Shown piece after piece: positions 33,242-46,467 of a DNA stretch of 64,000 nt. Within the stretch, counting starts at the first letter, position 1. Each line of letters opens with the position of its first letter. Source of the DNA: a virus (Duplodnaviria > Heunggongvirae > Uroviricota > Caudoviricetes). The position numbers and the translations under genes were made by a program. The DNA lies in the IMG/VR virus record IMGVR_UViG_2579778842_000003. One strand, written 5' to 3'. The notes below the pieces were generated by a model. The model was not told the DNA's origin. It did not search any database and worked only from the letters and a program-made list of their open reading frames with translations.

Positions 33242-33262
33242 CGTGATGAGTGTACATCACGT
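33233..33262 (-). terminator. Intrinsic terminator flanked by two C1 operator-like sites
   Basis: ACGTGATG-AGTGTA-CATCACGT with T-run on the minus strand. Confidence 0.5.
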
Positions 33263-33273
33263 TTTAAAAATAT

Positions 33274-33290
33274 GGAATTATTAGAGCAAT
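33274..33290 (-). promoter_or_regulatory. C1 operator-like site
   Basis: Minus strand ATTGCTCTAATAATTCC, 14 of 17. Confidence 0.5.
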
Positions 33291-33291
33291 A

Positions 33292-33993
33292 TTATTCTGA
33301 TTCTTGCTCAAAAAACGCGCTAATGAGAGGAAGCCAATCCTCTGACACTTCACGCGGTCGCGGTTTGCCATGGAAGAAGATTATTCGGCAGTCTTTTGGT
33401 AATGCCCCATTCCCCCTGGAGTAGCGCGCACTTGCATATTTCGAACCAGGTTCCACAACATCGGCCTTGTAACTTACAAACCATCCCGGATACAGATCCT
33501 GAAATGCTGGTGTATCATCGCCCATAACCTTCCGTAAGAACCCCTGATCACCCCAGCATTCAGTAGTAACACAATGAGCAATCCAACCTTCCGGATCTTG
33601 CCAGAATGCACTCCAGATATGCGCTTTTACACTATTTGGTATCCACAGGGCACCGCTGCCACGATATTGTGGATGGTAAAAATCCCTAAGCATGGTGAAG
33701 CTGGTTGGTGGATCCTCAAGGATTGGGCGTATATCACCGGCAATAACCGTGTCCAAATCCAGATAAAACAGATCATCGGTTATATCCGGTCGGAACAACT
33801 CGATTTTCGCCCACCAGCCACGGCACTTTTGCCACTGGTTGATCAATGGGATAACTTTGACGCCAGGTACATGTAAACGCTTCAGGTCTGTCAGGCAAAT
33901 AATTTCATAGCCTTTTGGCAGTTGATTAACCAGCCACTGCACATCGGAAGCGTTATAGTCGCCACCAGAGCGAAGAACTAAAGCAATCTTCAT
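33292..33993 (-). CDS. Putative nucleotide-sugar transferase-like protein with DxD motif, 233 aa
   Basis: [14 protein letters not shown]-terminus and FYLDLDTV DxD-like motif; assignment tentative. Confidence 0.35.
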   Translation of the reverse strand: MKIALVLRSGGDYNASDVQWLVNQLPKGYEIICLTDLKRLHVPGVKVIPLINQWQKCRGWWAKIELFRPDITDDLFYLDLDTVIAGDIRPILEDPPTSFTMLRDFYHPQYRGSGALWIPNSVKAHIWSAFWQDPEGWIAHCVTTECWGDQGFLRKVMGDDTPAFQDLYPGWFVSYKADVVEPGSKYASARYSRGNGALPKDCRIIFFHGKPRPREVSEDWLPLISAFFEQESE

Positions 33994-34682
33994 GCTGCAC
34001 CATCACCTTTCACTTTCATCAATGTCAGGTTTCCGCAAAATACGGCACCAGTGTCGATATAATGCTGATTCCAGAATGTCTTCGGGCTTTTCACCGGAGT
34101 GTGACCAAAGATAAAACGATCTGCGCCCGAAATTTCGCCACCAATATCATCCATCGAATCACTGATACGCTCGCGCGCCCAGACAACGTTGAAAAGCGGC
34201 ACCTCCTTACCGAATTGATATTCATTATCCGGATAGTCGGCATGGGCTATAACGATAGTTTCTTGCCCGGTGTTCAACTCAATGATATAGGGCAGTCGTC
34301 TTACCAACTCCACCAGCGCCCTGGCTAATATTTCCTGATCAGTGTCCAGCATGAAGAACCATTGTCCGCCATTCATTAGCCAGTTATTCACGTTGCCATC
34401 AGGACTTAACGCATCGAGCATCAACCGCTCATGGTTCCCCATTACTGCCCTGAACCAGGGCATCTGCAATAGTTCCAGACATTCGACATTTTCAGTACCG
34501 CGATCGATAAGGTCGCCGACCGATATCAGTAAATCCTGCGCCGGGTCAAAATCCACACGATGGAGTTCGGACATCAGTCTGGTGTAGCAACCATGCAGAT
34601 CACCAACAACCCAGATATTCCTGTATTTGGTACCGTCGATACGGTGATAAATTGTTGGTGCCATCATGTATTCTTCAGCCAT
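33990..34682 (-). CDS. ppp: Ser/Thr protein phosphatase (lambda PPase-like calcineurin fold), 230 aa
   Basis: Metallophosphatase motifs GDLHG, GDLIDRG, GNHE. Confidence 0.8.
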   Translation of the reverse strand: MAEEYMMAPTIYHRIDGTKYRNIWVVGDLHGCYTRLMSELHRVDFDPAQDLLISVGDLIDRGTENVECLELLQMPWFRAVMGNHERLMLDALSPDGNVNNWLMNGGQWFFMLDTDQEILARALVELVRRLPYIIELNTGQETIVIAHADYPDNEYQFGKEVPLFNVVWARERISDSMDDIGGEISGADRFIFGHTPVKSPKTFWNQHYIDTGAVFCGNLTLMKVKGDGAA

Positions 34683-35290
34683 TCTTTAAGAGTCATCTGC
34701 GGAATACCTCCCATTTTCCCGCATGAAACAACGTCAATCTGTTCACGCGCAGACTGGAATAACAAAGGCAGGTGACTTAGATTTTTTGGCGTGCCGCCGG
34801 AGTGAACGCGTGGTTCTTGCGTAGCGTCAACGCCCACCAGGGCGACATGTTTGAATCCGATATGGAAAGCCAGGTTCAGAGCACCATATGCACTATTGCC
34901 GCTGGCAATTTCATTCTCATCTTCACAAAGGCCGAAATGTGCGGACCAGCGCCACGCCCACCACTCGGGAGAATTCGTATTTTTTGGCTCCGTGCCGCGT
35001 TCAGCCACACGACGGAAGCACAGAACGCCATCTCTGACTTCACGTTCTTTAACATCGGGTAGTGCCATGCAATAACAAACACCACGGCGACGGCGGCCAC
35101 GACCAACGCGCCGCATATTGTCTGGCGATGGATCAAGTGTGAAAAAATAAGAAGCGCGGTTAAGCCAGTCGATGGCCCCATTGACCGCTATAATCGGCAC
35201 TCCGCGCGGCGCAACAAAGTTTGCGGCGCTTGGGCCACTGCCGACGATAATAACGCGATCACTGCCTCTAAATTTATTCTTGGGAAACAT
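34664..35290 (-). CDS. MptE/Maf-like (DUF115-type) protein, 208 aa
   Basis: IIVGSGPSA motif; paralogue of adjacent gene. Confidence 0.4.
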   Translation of the reverse strand: MFPKNKFRGSDRVIIVGSGPSAANFVAPRGVPIIAVNGAIDWLNRASYFFTLDPSPDNMRRVGRGRRRRGVCYCMALPDVKEREVRDGVLCFRRVAERGTEPKNTNSPEWWAWRWSAHFGLCEDENEIASGNSAYGALNLAFHIGFKHVALVGVDATQEPRVHSGGTPKNLSHLPLLFQSAREQIDVVSCGKMGGIPQMTLKEWLKNT

Positions 35291-35850
35291 TGAATTGCAC
35301 TGCTCCTACTTGCATTCAAAATATGTAAATCTGCGTGTTTTTTGCGGGTATCCAGGAACTGCTGTTGCCATTTTGAAATAGACACCTGCGTTGGATTCCG
35401 TAGTGCTTGAGGGTGCGCGCCATGCCAATGAAGGCCGTTTTGCAGAGAACAGTCATAGCCGACTAATACCACTACTTCAGCCCCTGATTCAGCAGCCAGA
35501 CTGATAGCCTGCGCGCCGCTATTTACCCCTTCCGCCGGTCCACAATATCGCCTGTACTCCAACGAAAATGATTTCGCCGCCGCCAGGTTGGCTGTCACTT
35601 TGCGGAATCTCCCTCCCGGTATGGTGGATCCGTATTGCTTCCACCATGACAAATCACCGGCGTATAAGGCATAAATGTCATCGAACATCTGCCAGGAATT
35701 GTTAACCGCGATGATTGAACAGCCAGTTTTTTCTATAGCAGCACAGTCCTCACGAGTGAGTGACGGACCGCTACCGACACAAAAAACAGTCCTAGTCGCC
35801 CTGGGTGGTATGTTCATTCTCAGCTGCAAATTCAGCCTCCAGGCGAGCAT
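35188..35850 (-). CDS. MptE/Maf-like (DUF115-type) protein, 220 aa
   Basis: VFCVGSGPSL motif; 3' end overlaps paralogue by about 100 nt in another frame. Confidence 0.4.
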   Translation of the reverse strand: MLAWRLNLQLRMNIPPRATRTVFCVGSGPSLTREDCAAIEKTGCSIIAVNNSWQMFDDIYALYAGDLSWWKQYGSTIPGGRFRKVTANLAAAKSFSLEYRRYCGPAEGVNSGAQAISLAAESGAEVVVLVGYDCSLQNGLHWHGAHPQALRNPTQVSISKWQQQFLDTRKKHADLHILNASRSSAIQCFPRINLEAVIALLSSAVAQAPQTLLRRAECRL

Positions 35851-36013
35851 TCATTTCAGCGATTACAGGGTCCACTACAGCATCTGTTTCCTGTTCATTA
35901 CGCGGCATGACCGATGCCAGCGACTCATAATTAACCTTGGATGACACGATTATTCTCCCGATGTTAAAGTGCACTACCACAAAGAGCGTACATGCACTAA
36001 TTAATTTATTATT

Positions 36014-36592
36014 TTAAGCAGCATGCAACCACTTATCGCCGTTCAATACATGCTCAATAGCCTCACCCTTTTTAAGACTTATGTATTCCAGGATGGCGGT
36101 AATCGCTTGTTCTGCACCATACGCAAGAACAACGTAGTAGCCTTCCTCTCTAAGCCTGCGCATCCAGGCGATCTGCTCTTTCGTCGGGGCTTTACCATTT
36201 GGTTCTTTAAGCTCAATTCGCATGCCGTGATAAATACCGCATGCTTTATCGAGACTCATGTCCGGATAACCTTTTTTCTGCCCTTCAGCCTTCATTTTCC
36301 CGGCGGTTGCTTTTGAACGTTTCCCTCCGTTAGGCGTTGCATGCAACAGCTCATAGATGTCAGGGTGCTTGCGTTCGAAGTAATCAAAAATGAAAACCTG
36401 CTCGAAGTGCTCGCAATTTCCGTCGCGCAGGTCTGGGTTCTTTGCAAGTGCTGCAAGTGCCTTCGCATGTGGAGAAACTTCTTTTACCGGCGCAAGCGAT
36501 AAGAATGGATCCTTTTTGGTTTTTGGCCTGGACCGCCCCTTATTTCGACGCTCACTAAAAGCCTGAAACTCTTCCTCAGTAAAGCGCAACAT
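36014..36592 (-). CDS. VRR-NUC-like nuclease domain protein, 192 aa
   Basis: PD-(D/E)xK-like D...E-L-K pattern (DMSLDKACG ... RIELKE). Confidence 0.4.
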   Translation of the reverse strand: MLRFTEEEFQAFSERRNKGRSRPKTKKDPFLSLAPVKEVSPHAKALAALAKNPDLRDGNCEHFEQVFIFDYFERKHPDIYELLHATPNGGKRSKATAGKMKAEGQKKGYPDMSLDKACGIYHGMRIELKEPNGKAPTKEQIAWMRRLREEGYYVVLAYGAEQAITAILEYISLKKGEAIEHVLNGDKWLHAA

Positions 36593-36594
36593 AA

Positions 36595-36840
36595 TCAGTC
36601 AAATCCTGCCGGTCGCATGCCATATTTACGCTGTTTTGCGGCCTGCTCTTCCCTGTGCCATTGCGCACATTCAGCGTCACAATAAATGCCTGATTCAATC
36701 GATTCATTGCAGTAACGACACTTCCCTGTAAATACCTGGCTCACGACCTGTGCCTGCTTTCTGATGTTATCGATGGCCATGTCTTTGAGAGCTTCTAACT
36801 GATTCATGCTCAGCTCTGCATCATCAACACGTTCTGCCAA
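36595..36840 (-). CDS. TraR/DksA-like C4 zinc-finger protein, 81 aa
   Basis: CRYC ... CDAEC paired cysteines; first gene of minus block. Confidence 0.45.
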   Translation of the reverse strand: MAERVDDAELSMNQLEALKDMAIDNIRKQAQVVSQVFTGKCRYCNESIESGIYCDAECAQWHREEQAAKQRKYGMRPAGFD

Positions 36841-36897
36841 TTTTGTTTCCTCGTGAAGAACCTACTTAAGGGCAGAATGATACATTTCACAATCAAA

Positions 36898-36914
36898 ATT
36901 GCACTAATAATTTT
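36898..36914 (+). promoter_or_regulatory. C1 operator-like site in divergent promoter region
   Basis: ATTGCACTAATAATTTT, 15 of 17; between divergent gene blocks. Confidence 0.5.
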
Positions 36915-36986
36915 CTTTTATTGAGTTAAATATTCAACAAATGACTAGCGGTAGAATCACCATCATCTATTTCTGGCAGGCTGACT

Positions 36987-37364
36987 ATGGCTACATCAAT
37001 CACTACAACCCAAAGCACCCGGCAATATCCTCTGTCGCGGTATGACGACCGCAACATAGCCGATCCAATACTCAGGGCAGAGCTACGCAAAGAGGTGATG
37101 CTTATGTGTGAATCGAACGACAAGAATATGACGATTTATTACGTTCTTCCCGATGAGCAATATCGCCCGGATTTGCTGGCTTACCGTATGTGGGGCATAG
37201 CAGAGCTACGCTGGGTTGTGACGCTCGCCGCCGGGCTTGAGGATGAGTCTCAGGGTATGACTGTTGGCAAAAAATTAAAACTCCCACCTGCCACCTGGAT
37301 CCGCGAAATGATTCGCCATTTCCAATACGACGGCCAGGTAATAGGGACATTATCCATTGCGTAA
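36987..37364 (+). CDS. Hypothetical protein, 125 aa
   Basis: First ORF of plus-strand structural block. Confidence 0.4.
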   Translation: MATSITTTQSTRQYPLSRYDDRNIADPILRAELRKEVMLMCESNDKNMTIYYVLPDEQYRPDLLAYRMWGIAELRWVVTLAAGLEDESQGMTVGKKLKLPPATWIREMIRHFQYDGQVIGTLSIA

Positions 37365-37373
37365 GGGAAATGA

Positions 37374-38591
37374 ATGCCAACTGAATATGCTCGCGACAAC
37401 CTTGGTCGCTATCAGACTGATGGATTAAGTGCAAAAGACTTTAACAAGGTCTTCGATCTTATCCGTAAACAGCAGCGTCAGAATCGGCGAAACGCGCGAC
37501 GTACACTCACCCCAAGGATTATGGGGATGCGTAACCGCGAACTTGAGGCATTCCTCAGCCTTGGGAAAAAGAAAGATGGCACCTACTTTACGCCCGAAGA
37601 TATACGCAGTTTCAACACCTCAAGGCAGGCTCATAAAACCAAATTCAAGAGCACGGTACCCGGCATTACCTATGCTCAGCTGGTGGCGCAGTCCACCAGC
37701 ATTGATATAAAACGCGCTAACAACAAGGTTTCTGATGGCACAGGGATCAAAGCCGCGACATTCCTCGGGCTAAAACACAACCTTGCATTGATATCTGTTA
37801 ATGCCTCGGATGAGTCGGTCCACCAGCATCACCGTGTCAGAATTCGATTTGAGGAATGGGATAAAGCCGTTGAGGAAATTGCTGAAGACGGTGCGAAAAA
37901 AGCCCGAATCGCTGCCGATCTCTGCAAGGGCCGGGTATCTTTCGACTGTGATTGTGGACGCCATCAATACTGGTATCGTTATATGGCCACTGCTGGTAAC
38001 TATGCTGTCGCGCCGCCAAAAGAGTATGCATTCCCCAAGATCCGCAACCCTGATCTGACTGGTGTAGCCTGCAAACATGTGTTGCACGCTATGACGCGTT
38101 TTCAGTCTCCCACATGGCACAAGGCCATCATTATTGCCCTGGAAAAAGCAGCTGAACAGGTAGCCTTCGGCGATGACAAGCGGAAGACAACAACCTATTT
38201 CAAAGGCGAACTGGCTAAATCGCTCGCGCGCAACCGGACAACAACGACGGATCAGGCTAAAGCGGCGCGTGAGTATGAGTTATATCTGAAATCTCAGGAT
38301 GCATTAGGCAAAAAACTACGCGCCAAAGATAGCGCCACGGACAACGTTCGCCGGTTGTTAAAAAAAGCTCGCACCACGGCAAACAGGAAGAATGCCGAAC
38401 TAAAAGCATCGCGGGTGAGGGAAGCCCAGGCTCGCGCTGAAGCCGACGCTCTCAAAAAAGCCCTGCAAACGCAGGCGAACAACCTCATAAAGTTTTTCAT
38501 GAGTCAGGGAATGGACAAGGCCGCTGCCACTGCGCAGGCGCGAAGCATTCTTGAGACACAAATTAACGAAGCCCGTAAACGGAAAGGATAA
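37374..38591 (+). CDS. SWIM zinc-finger protein with basic coiled-coil C-terminus, 405 aa
   Basis: CDCGRHQYW ... CKHVLHAM (CxC ... CxH SWIM pattern). Confidence 0.45.
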   Translation: MPTEYARDNLGRYQTDGLSAKDFNKVFDLIRKQQRQNRRNARRTLTPRIMGMRNRELEAFLSLGKKKDGTYFTPEDIRSFNTSRQAHKTKFKSTVPGITYAQLVAQSTSIDIKRANNKVSDGTGIKAATFLGLKHNLALISVNASDESVHQHHRVRIRFEEWDKAVEEIAEDGAKKARIAADLCKGRVSFDCDCGRHQYWYRYMATAGNYAVAPPKEYAFPKIRNPDLTGVACKHVLHAMTRFQSPTWHKAIIIALEKAAEQVAFGDDKRKTTTYFKGELAKSLARNRTTTTDQAKAAREYELYLKSQDALGKKLRAKDSATDNVRRLLKKARTTANRKNAELKASRVREAQARAEADALKKALQTQANNLIKFFMSQGMDKAAATAQARSILETQINEARKRKG

Positions 38592-41738
<3,147 letters not shown>

Positions 41739-41784
41739 GAAAAGCCCGGCGATCGGGCTTTTCTGTTATGACGGGTTCAATTTT

Positions 41785-42783
41785 TTATCCGTTACCGCGC
41801 GACGGTTTCTGCGTGATAAACGTCTCAAGCATCTTTTCCGCAATTGCCGACCAGGTGTGACACTGGACCTTTTCAGCATTTTTCACGCGATCAACGCGAG
41901 CAATAACCTCATCCCAATCAATCCGCGACTTGATAACCATATGGTTCACCAACTCCAGGCGATCCGGCGGAAGGCAATCGGGCGGAGTTAATATCAACGC
42001 TCCACACATTGCCGCCTCAAGAACAGTTAATCCAAGGCTTTCGGGATGCGTAACGATAAAAACGTCACTCTTACGCAATTCAGCTGCAAATTCGGTTGCT
42101 GGCACCGGCGTCCGCCTGTATGGAGTTACCGAAATATTCCCCGGATCAATGGTAACCAATCCGTCATCAGTCAACGTTCTGGCCTCATACGGAACGGTCA
42201 GACGCTGAAGGTTCATAAGGATACTTAAGGAGTGATCAAAACCACTAACATCAAATGCAGCGTGGTCTACAAAAATACGCAGAATATCGTCTGTTTTGGT
42301 TTCCAGATGGAACAGCTCCTGATTCGCTGCCCATCCAACATGTTTGTTAAAACGATTATGACGCTCTAACCTGCCGGGATTATCCAGGTACCGCCAGGTA
42401 TCATCGCGGACAGTAAAAGTAATATCGACTGGTGCCGAATCCAGCATAGAACCGTCATATACCTGGGCTACCCATCCAGAGAATCGGCGACACAGTTGCA
42501 TGCCTATTTCCCTGGGTACCGTAGTAAAATACCTCAATCCTGGTGCCAAAATGGCCTTCGCAGAACATGCGGTCGCAGCAGTCAACACAGCTTCAACATA
42601 ATCCTCCGGGCTTTCGACGCCAGGGGAATATGGACGATGGTATTGCAATGTTACCCCTGCCTCACTAAAGGCGCAGGCCAGGTTATAAGCCCACATTTCC
42701 GTATATGTTTTCACATCACTGATAGCTTCAAATTTTCGCCCAATGATCAGGATGTTCATCGGCTTTTCCTCATTCCATTGCAT
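41785..42783 (-). CDS. GT-B (GT4-like) glycosyltransferase, 332 aa
   Basis: C-terminal E-x7-E motif THPESLGLTVLEAAMCG; start overlaps ban stop. Confidence 0.5.
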   Translation of the reverse strand: MQWNEEKPMNILIIGRKFEAISDVKTYTEMWAYNLACAFSEAGVTLQYHRPYSPGVESPEDYVEAVLTAATACSAKAILAPGLRYFTTVPREIGMQLCRRFSGWVAQVYDGSMLDSAPVDITFTVRDDTWRYLDNPGRLERHNRFNKHVGWAANQELFHLETKTDDILRIFVDHAAFDVSGFDHSLSILMNLQRLTVPYEARTLTDDGLVTIDPGNISVTPYRRTPVPATEFAAELRKSDVFIVTHPESLGLTVLEAAMCGALILTPPDCLPPDRLELVNHMVIKSRIDWDEVIARVDRVKNAEKVQCHTWSAIAEKMLETFITQKPSRGNG

Positions 42784-44153
42784 TAATAATCCTCTTGCCA
42801 GTCAGCACCAGCATAGTTATCAAACCGTGAGTATTGGCCGTTAAAAGCCAATCTCACCGTGCCAATTGGGCCATTTCGTTGCTTTCCGATAATTACCTCG
42901 GCAATGCCCTTCATTTCGCTATCCGGGTGATAAACTTCGTCGCGATACAGAAACATGATCAGGTCTGCGTCCTGCTCAATTGCTCCTGATTCACGTAAAT
43001 CTGAATTTACCGGTCGTTTGTCCGCACGCTGTTCAAGCGATCGATTAAGTTGTGACAATGCCACCACCGGTACTTGTAATTCCTTCGCCAACGCCTTCAG
43101 TGAGCGAGAAATCTCGGCAATTTCCAGCGTTCGGTTATCTTGCAGCTCGGGGACGCGCATAAGTTGCAGGTAGTCGATCATAATCATGCTCAAACCACCA
43201 TTTTCTTTATAAACACGACGAGCGCGGGAACGAAGCTCTGTAGGTGTCAGGGCGCTTGAGTCATCAATAAAAATATTCTGCTTGTCCAACAGAATACCCA
43301 TTGCGCCAGAAACCCGCGCCCAATCCTCGTCGTTAAGTTGCCCTGTCCGAATACGAGTCTGATCAACGCGTGCAAGAGAAGCCAGTGAGCGCATCATCAG
43401 CTGGTGGCTCGGCATCTCAAGGCTAAAAACCAATACGGGCTTATCGTTACGAACTGCGGCATTTTCGACGAGATTCATCGCAAACGTGGTCTTCCCCATA
43501 GATGGGCGGGCGGCGACAATGATGAGATCGGACGGCTGAAGCCCTGCCGTCTTCTTATTGAGATCGGTAAATCCCGTATCAAGCCCCGTTACACCATCAT
43601 GTGGTCGCTGAAACAACTCTTCTATGCGAGATACCGTTGCATCGAGAATGCTGGCGATATCTTTTGGACCACTACCGCTCTTTTGTCGTTTTTCAGCTAT
43701 TTCAAAAACGCGGCGCTCGGCCATATCTAGCAATTCATTGCTGCCCCTGCCATCCTGCGCATATCCAGCTTCGGCTATTTCATTTGCGACGGAAATCATT
43801 TCACGAACAACCGCGCGTTCACGAACGATATCCGCATAAGCACAAATATTTGCCGCGCTGGGCGTGTTCTTTGACATCTCCGCAAGGTACGCAAAACCAC
43901 CGGCGCGTTCTAATTTACCGTTCTGTTCAAGTGCTTCAGCAAGTGTTATCAAATCAATCGGTTTGCCATGACTTAATAACCTCTCCATCTCACTGAAAAT
44001 TTCACGATGAGCACTGGTATAAAAATCATCAGCAACTATACGATCTGCAACTTCATCCCAGCGGCAGTTATCAAGCATTAAGCCACCAAGTACAGCTTGT
44101 TCTGCACTAAGGGAATTTGGCATGGATTCAAGAGGGGATGCAGACATTAGCAC
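42783..44153 (-). CDS. ban: Ban, DnaB-family replicative helicase, 456 aa
   Basis: N-terminus SAEQAVLGGLMLDN ... DDFYT and Walker A ARPSMGKTTFA are DnaB hallmarks. Confidence 0.9.
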   Translation of the reverse strand: MLMSASPLESMPNSLSAEQAVLGGLMLDNCRWDEVADRIVADDFYTSAHREIFSEMERLLSHGKPIDLITLAEALEQNGKLERAGGFAYLAEMSKNTPSAANICAYADIVRERAVVREMISVANEIAEAGYAQDGRGSNELLDMAERRVFEIAEKRQKSGSGPKDIASILDATVSRIEELFQRPHDGVTGLDTGFTDLNKKTAGLQPSDLIIVAARPSMGKTTFAMNLVENAAVRNDKPVLVFSLEMPSHQLMMRSLASLARVDQTRIRTGQLNDEDWARVSGAMGILLDKQNIFIDDSSALTPTELRSRARRVYKENGGLSMIMIDYLQLMRVPELQDNRTLEIAEISRSLKALAKELQVPVVALSQLNRSLEQRADKRPVNSDLRESGAIEQDADLIMFLYRDEVYHPDSEMKGIAEVIIGKQRNGPIGTVRLAFNGQYSRFDNYAGADWQEDY

Positions 44154-44433
44154 TCCACCCAGGCGTGCTGAATGTCAGATATAATCGGCATACTCAAATC
44201 ACTCCTAACGATATGAGTCATCACCAGAAAATCAGGATTAATGCGCCGGACTCTTCCCGGCTGTCACACCGAATCGCCAGGATGGTGAATCCCTTTACCC
44301 GAGAAACAACAAACGGTGGCTTGCACATTCCGGCTACCTGGTTCGTTGCCTGAGCTAGGGGCAAGGTTCCCCCCTTTTAACGTCACCAGACCGCTAACGA
44401 CGCATGTGCCAGACGCCGTGTTACAACCAAATA

Positions 44434-44509
44434 TGGTGGCCCCTACCGGACTTGAACCGGTGACCGTGCGATTATGAGTCGCCAGCTCTAACCACTGAGC
44501 TAAAGGGCC
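44434..44509 (-). tRNA. trnI: tRNA with CAU anticodon, Ile2-like (lysidine type)
   Basis: 76-nt cloverleaf ending CCA, anticodon loop CTCATAA; resembles E. coli ileX as recalled. Confidence 0.7.
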
Positions 44510-44536
44510 GGATTACTGCCAATTTTGCTTACGCTT

Positions 44537-45364
44537 TTATTTCACCGGAACAAACGGAACAGCGGTATTACTGGTCATATACTGCGGTAATGTACCGTTC
44601 CATTTGTTGATCGCTTCCAACTCCATAACACCGGGGTTCTGGCGCAGAGCTTCACCACGTAAACGAATGGCATCAGCTTCGGCCTGGGCTTTTGTGCGAA
44701 TAGCATCAGCCTGTCCGGCAGCTTCCGCGCGCAGCATGTTGGCCTCTGCTTCACGTTGTTTGACCTCTTGCTCGCGTTGCAGGGTTTTTTGGTTTGCCGT
44801 GACTTTGGCGTTAATACTGTCAATAACTGTTGGCGGGTATTCTGGCTTACCTACATAAGAGAGGCTCATCACCTGAATGCCGATTGGCGTCATTTCTTCC
44901 TGAATGTCTTTAAGGGCTGCATCAAGCAATTCAGATTTGCCACCGTCGATAAATTTGTCGGTGGTCATTTTGCTGGCTAACCGGTTCAGAGCATCTGCAA
45001 CCTTCTGGCGTAGATCGGTATCAGTAATATCATCTACACCTTTGCGATAGGTCTGAAATACCGTTGTGACTTTTGCTGGATCAACCTTGTAGGCTACGCC
45101 GATGTGGTAACCAATGGTTGTTCCGTCGCTCATCTGGAAGCTGAACGGCTCATCGTATGTCTTCATTTGCTTAAAGGTCGGGAAGATATAAACTTCAGTA
45201 TTCAAGCCTGTCCAGTAGCGACCAACGCCAACTACTTCACCGATACCTTTATCATCCCCCAGCTTATTTACTTTGATCCCTACGTTACCTGGCTCTACCC
45301 GATCGCATCCGGTCAGACATAAAGAACCCAAAATAATCGCTGCACTAATCAACGTTTTTTTCAT
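44537..45364 (-). CDS. plp: SPFH/band-7 domain lipoprotein, 275 aa
   Basis: Lipobox LCLTGC after signal peptide; position as P1 plp. Confidence 0.55.
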   Translation of the reverse strand: MKKTLISAAIILGSLCLTGCDRVEPGNVGIKVNKLGDDKGIGEVVGVGRYWTGLNTEVYIFPTFKQMKTYDEPFSFQMSDGTTIGYHIGVAYKVDPAKVTTVFQTYRKGVDDITDTDLRQKVADALNRLASKMTTDKFIDGGKSELLDAALKDIQEEMTPIGIQVMSLSYVGKPEYPPTVIDSINAKVTANQKTLQREQEVKQREAEANMLRAEAAGQADAIRTKAQAEADAIRLRGEALRQNPGVMELEAINKWNGTLPQYMTSNTAVPFVPVK

Positions 45365-45581
45365 TAATTAATTTCCTGGTTTTTTCACGAAAAAAGACTA
45401 CTGCGAAAGCCGGGTAAATGAGCGCGAGAAGGACTCCCAACAATACAAGTATTGTGCTGTTAGATGAGATCATATTTGGCAAAAGCCAAACATACAGAAC
45501 CAGTGACACAATCAAACAGAGGACGGCATAAATATATAACCGCACCCATAGCGTTCGACATTTGTTCGGATTGTTCTGCAT
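45345..45581 (-). CDS. upl: Small membrane protein, 78 aa
   Basis: Two hydrophobic helices; directly upstream of plp. Confidence 0.4.
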   Translation of the reverse strand: MQNNPNKCRTLWVRLYIYAVLCLIVSLVLYVWLLPNMISSNSTILVLLGVLLALIYPAFAVVFFREKTRKLINEKNVD

Positions 45582-45740
45582 CCTCTCACTCCATTATTTA
45601 ACGAATAAAAAAGCTGCGGTGCCGGGTGCCTCCCGGTGTCCTTTGGCTGGTTATCCACCGTGGACGGGGAAACAAGGAGAAATGAATGGACTGATATAAC
45701 CATTTCCCCGCGTGCGCTTAGCCGCATTCACCGCAACGGA

Positions 45741-46310
45741 AAGAGCATTCTTGGTGGACCTGTAGATTGGGATATGAACCCGTTACAGGAGAATGCTCTT
45801 ACCTGTTACGTGCTCCGTTTCGTGGAGCTAACGGCGGGTGATCGGGCCGCACCAGGCTGGACTTATTTCAGCGTTATGCTCATGCCAGAGAATCAAACTG
45901 TGATGGTCGGTGCTGAACTCCGACACAGGGTTGTAGCAAGCCCCGCAAAGCGCGCACTACTGTAGTTGCGGCACATCAGCCTGTGCATTCACCACAATGT
46001 TGAGAACACTGGTTGTCACGCTGCAACGCAACATTTATTCGTAGATTGGGATATGACCCCGTTACGCCAGTGTTCTCAACGTTGTAGTGCCGGTTACGGT
46101 TCCGGCCAGGCCTCTTCCTCAACGGGGTGTTCTCCATACGGACTACCGTTTATTGGTCGTTCCTGCGGTTTATGTTGTGAAGCCAGATGCTTATCTTCTG
46201 GTTGCTTCAAAGAGCTGCACTTCATCACAACGGTAAGGGTACTTCGTAGGGATTCGAACCCTCTGCCAAGCTCGGCGATCTCCGACGTCGCAAAATACCC
46301 TTACCTGTTG
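45741..46310 (-). repeat. Three tRNA-like minihelix elements (long stem enclosing a T-arm-like hairpin) upstream of the tRNA pair
   Basis: Direct repeats GTAGATTGGGATATGA(A/C)CCCGTTAC at 45762-45786 and 46041-46065 inside long inverted repeats; third at 46236-46310 with GGGTTCGAATCCC; none folds as a canonical cloverleaf. Confidence 0.45.
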
Positions 46311-46313
46311 TGC

Positions 46314-46389
46314 TGGTGCCGATTAACGGACTCGAACCGCTGACATCCTGCTTACAAGGCAGGCGCTCTACCAACTGAGCTAAACCGGC
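46314..46389 (-). tRNA. trnT: tRNA-Thr (UGU)
   Basis: 76-nt cloverleaf with CCA, anticodon loop CTTGTAA, T-loop TTCGAGT. Confidence 0.8.
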
Positions 46390-46391
46390 AT

Positions 46392-46467
46392 TGGCGATGG
46401 TGGATGGATTTGAACCATCGACCCGTTGATTAACAGTCAACCGCTCTAACCGCTGAGCTACACCATC
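46392..46467 (-). tRNA. trnA: tRNA-Asn (GUU)
   Basis: 76-nt cloverleaf with CCA, anticodon loop CTGTTAA, T-loop TTCAAAT. Confidence 0.8.

Noticed and set aside
46236-46310. Third T-arm-containing element as a genuine tRNA gene
   Set aside because: It has a perfect T-arm and a 10-bp terminal stem but I could not place a D-arm or a 7-bp acceptor stem with correct spacing; kept only as a tRNA-like element.
45636-46343. Track ORFs 45636..45965 and 45966..46343 on the plus strand
   Set aside because: They span the tRNA-like repeat region, lie antisense to the tRNA transcription unit and have low-complexity Cys/Arg-rich translations; interpreted as non-coding structured RNA region.
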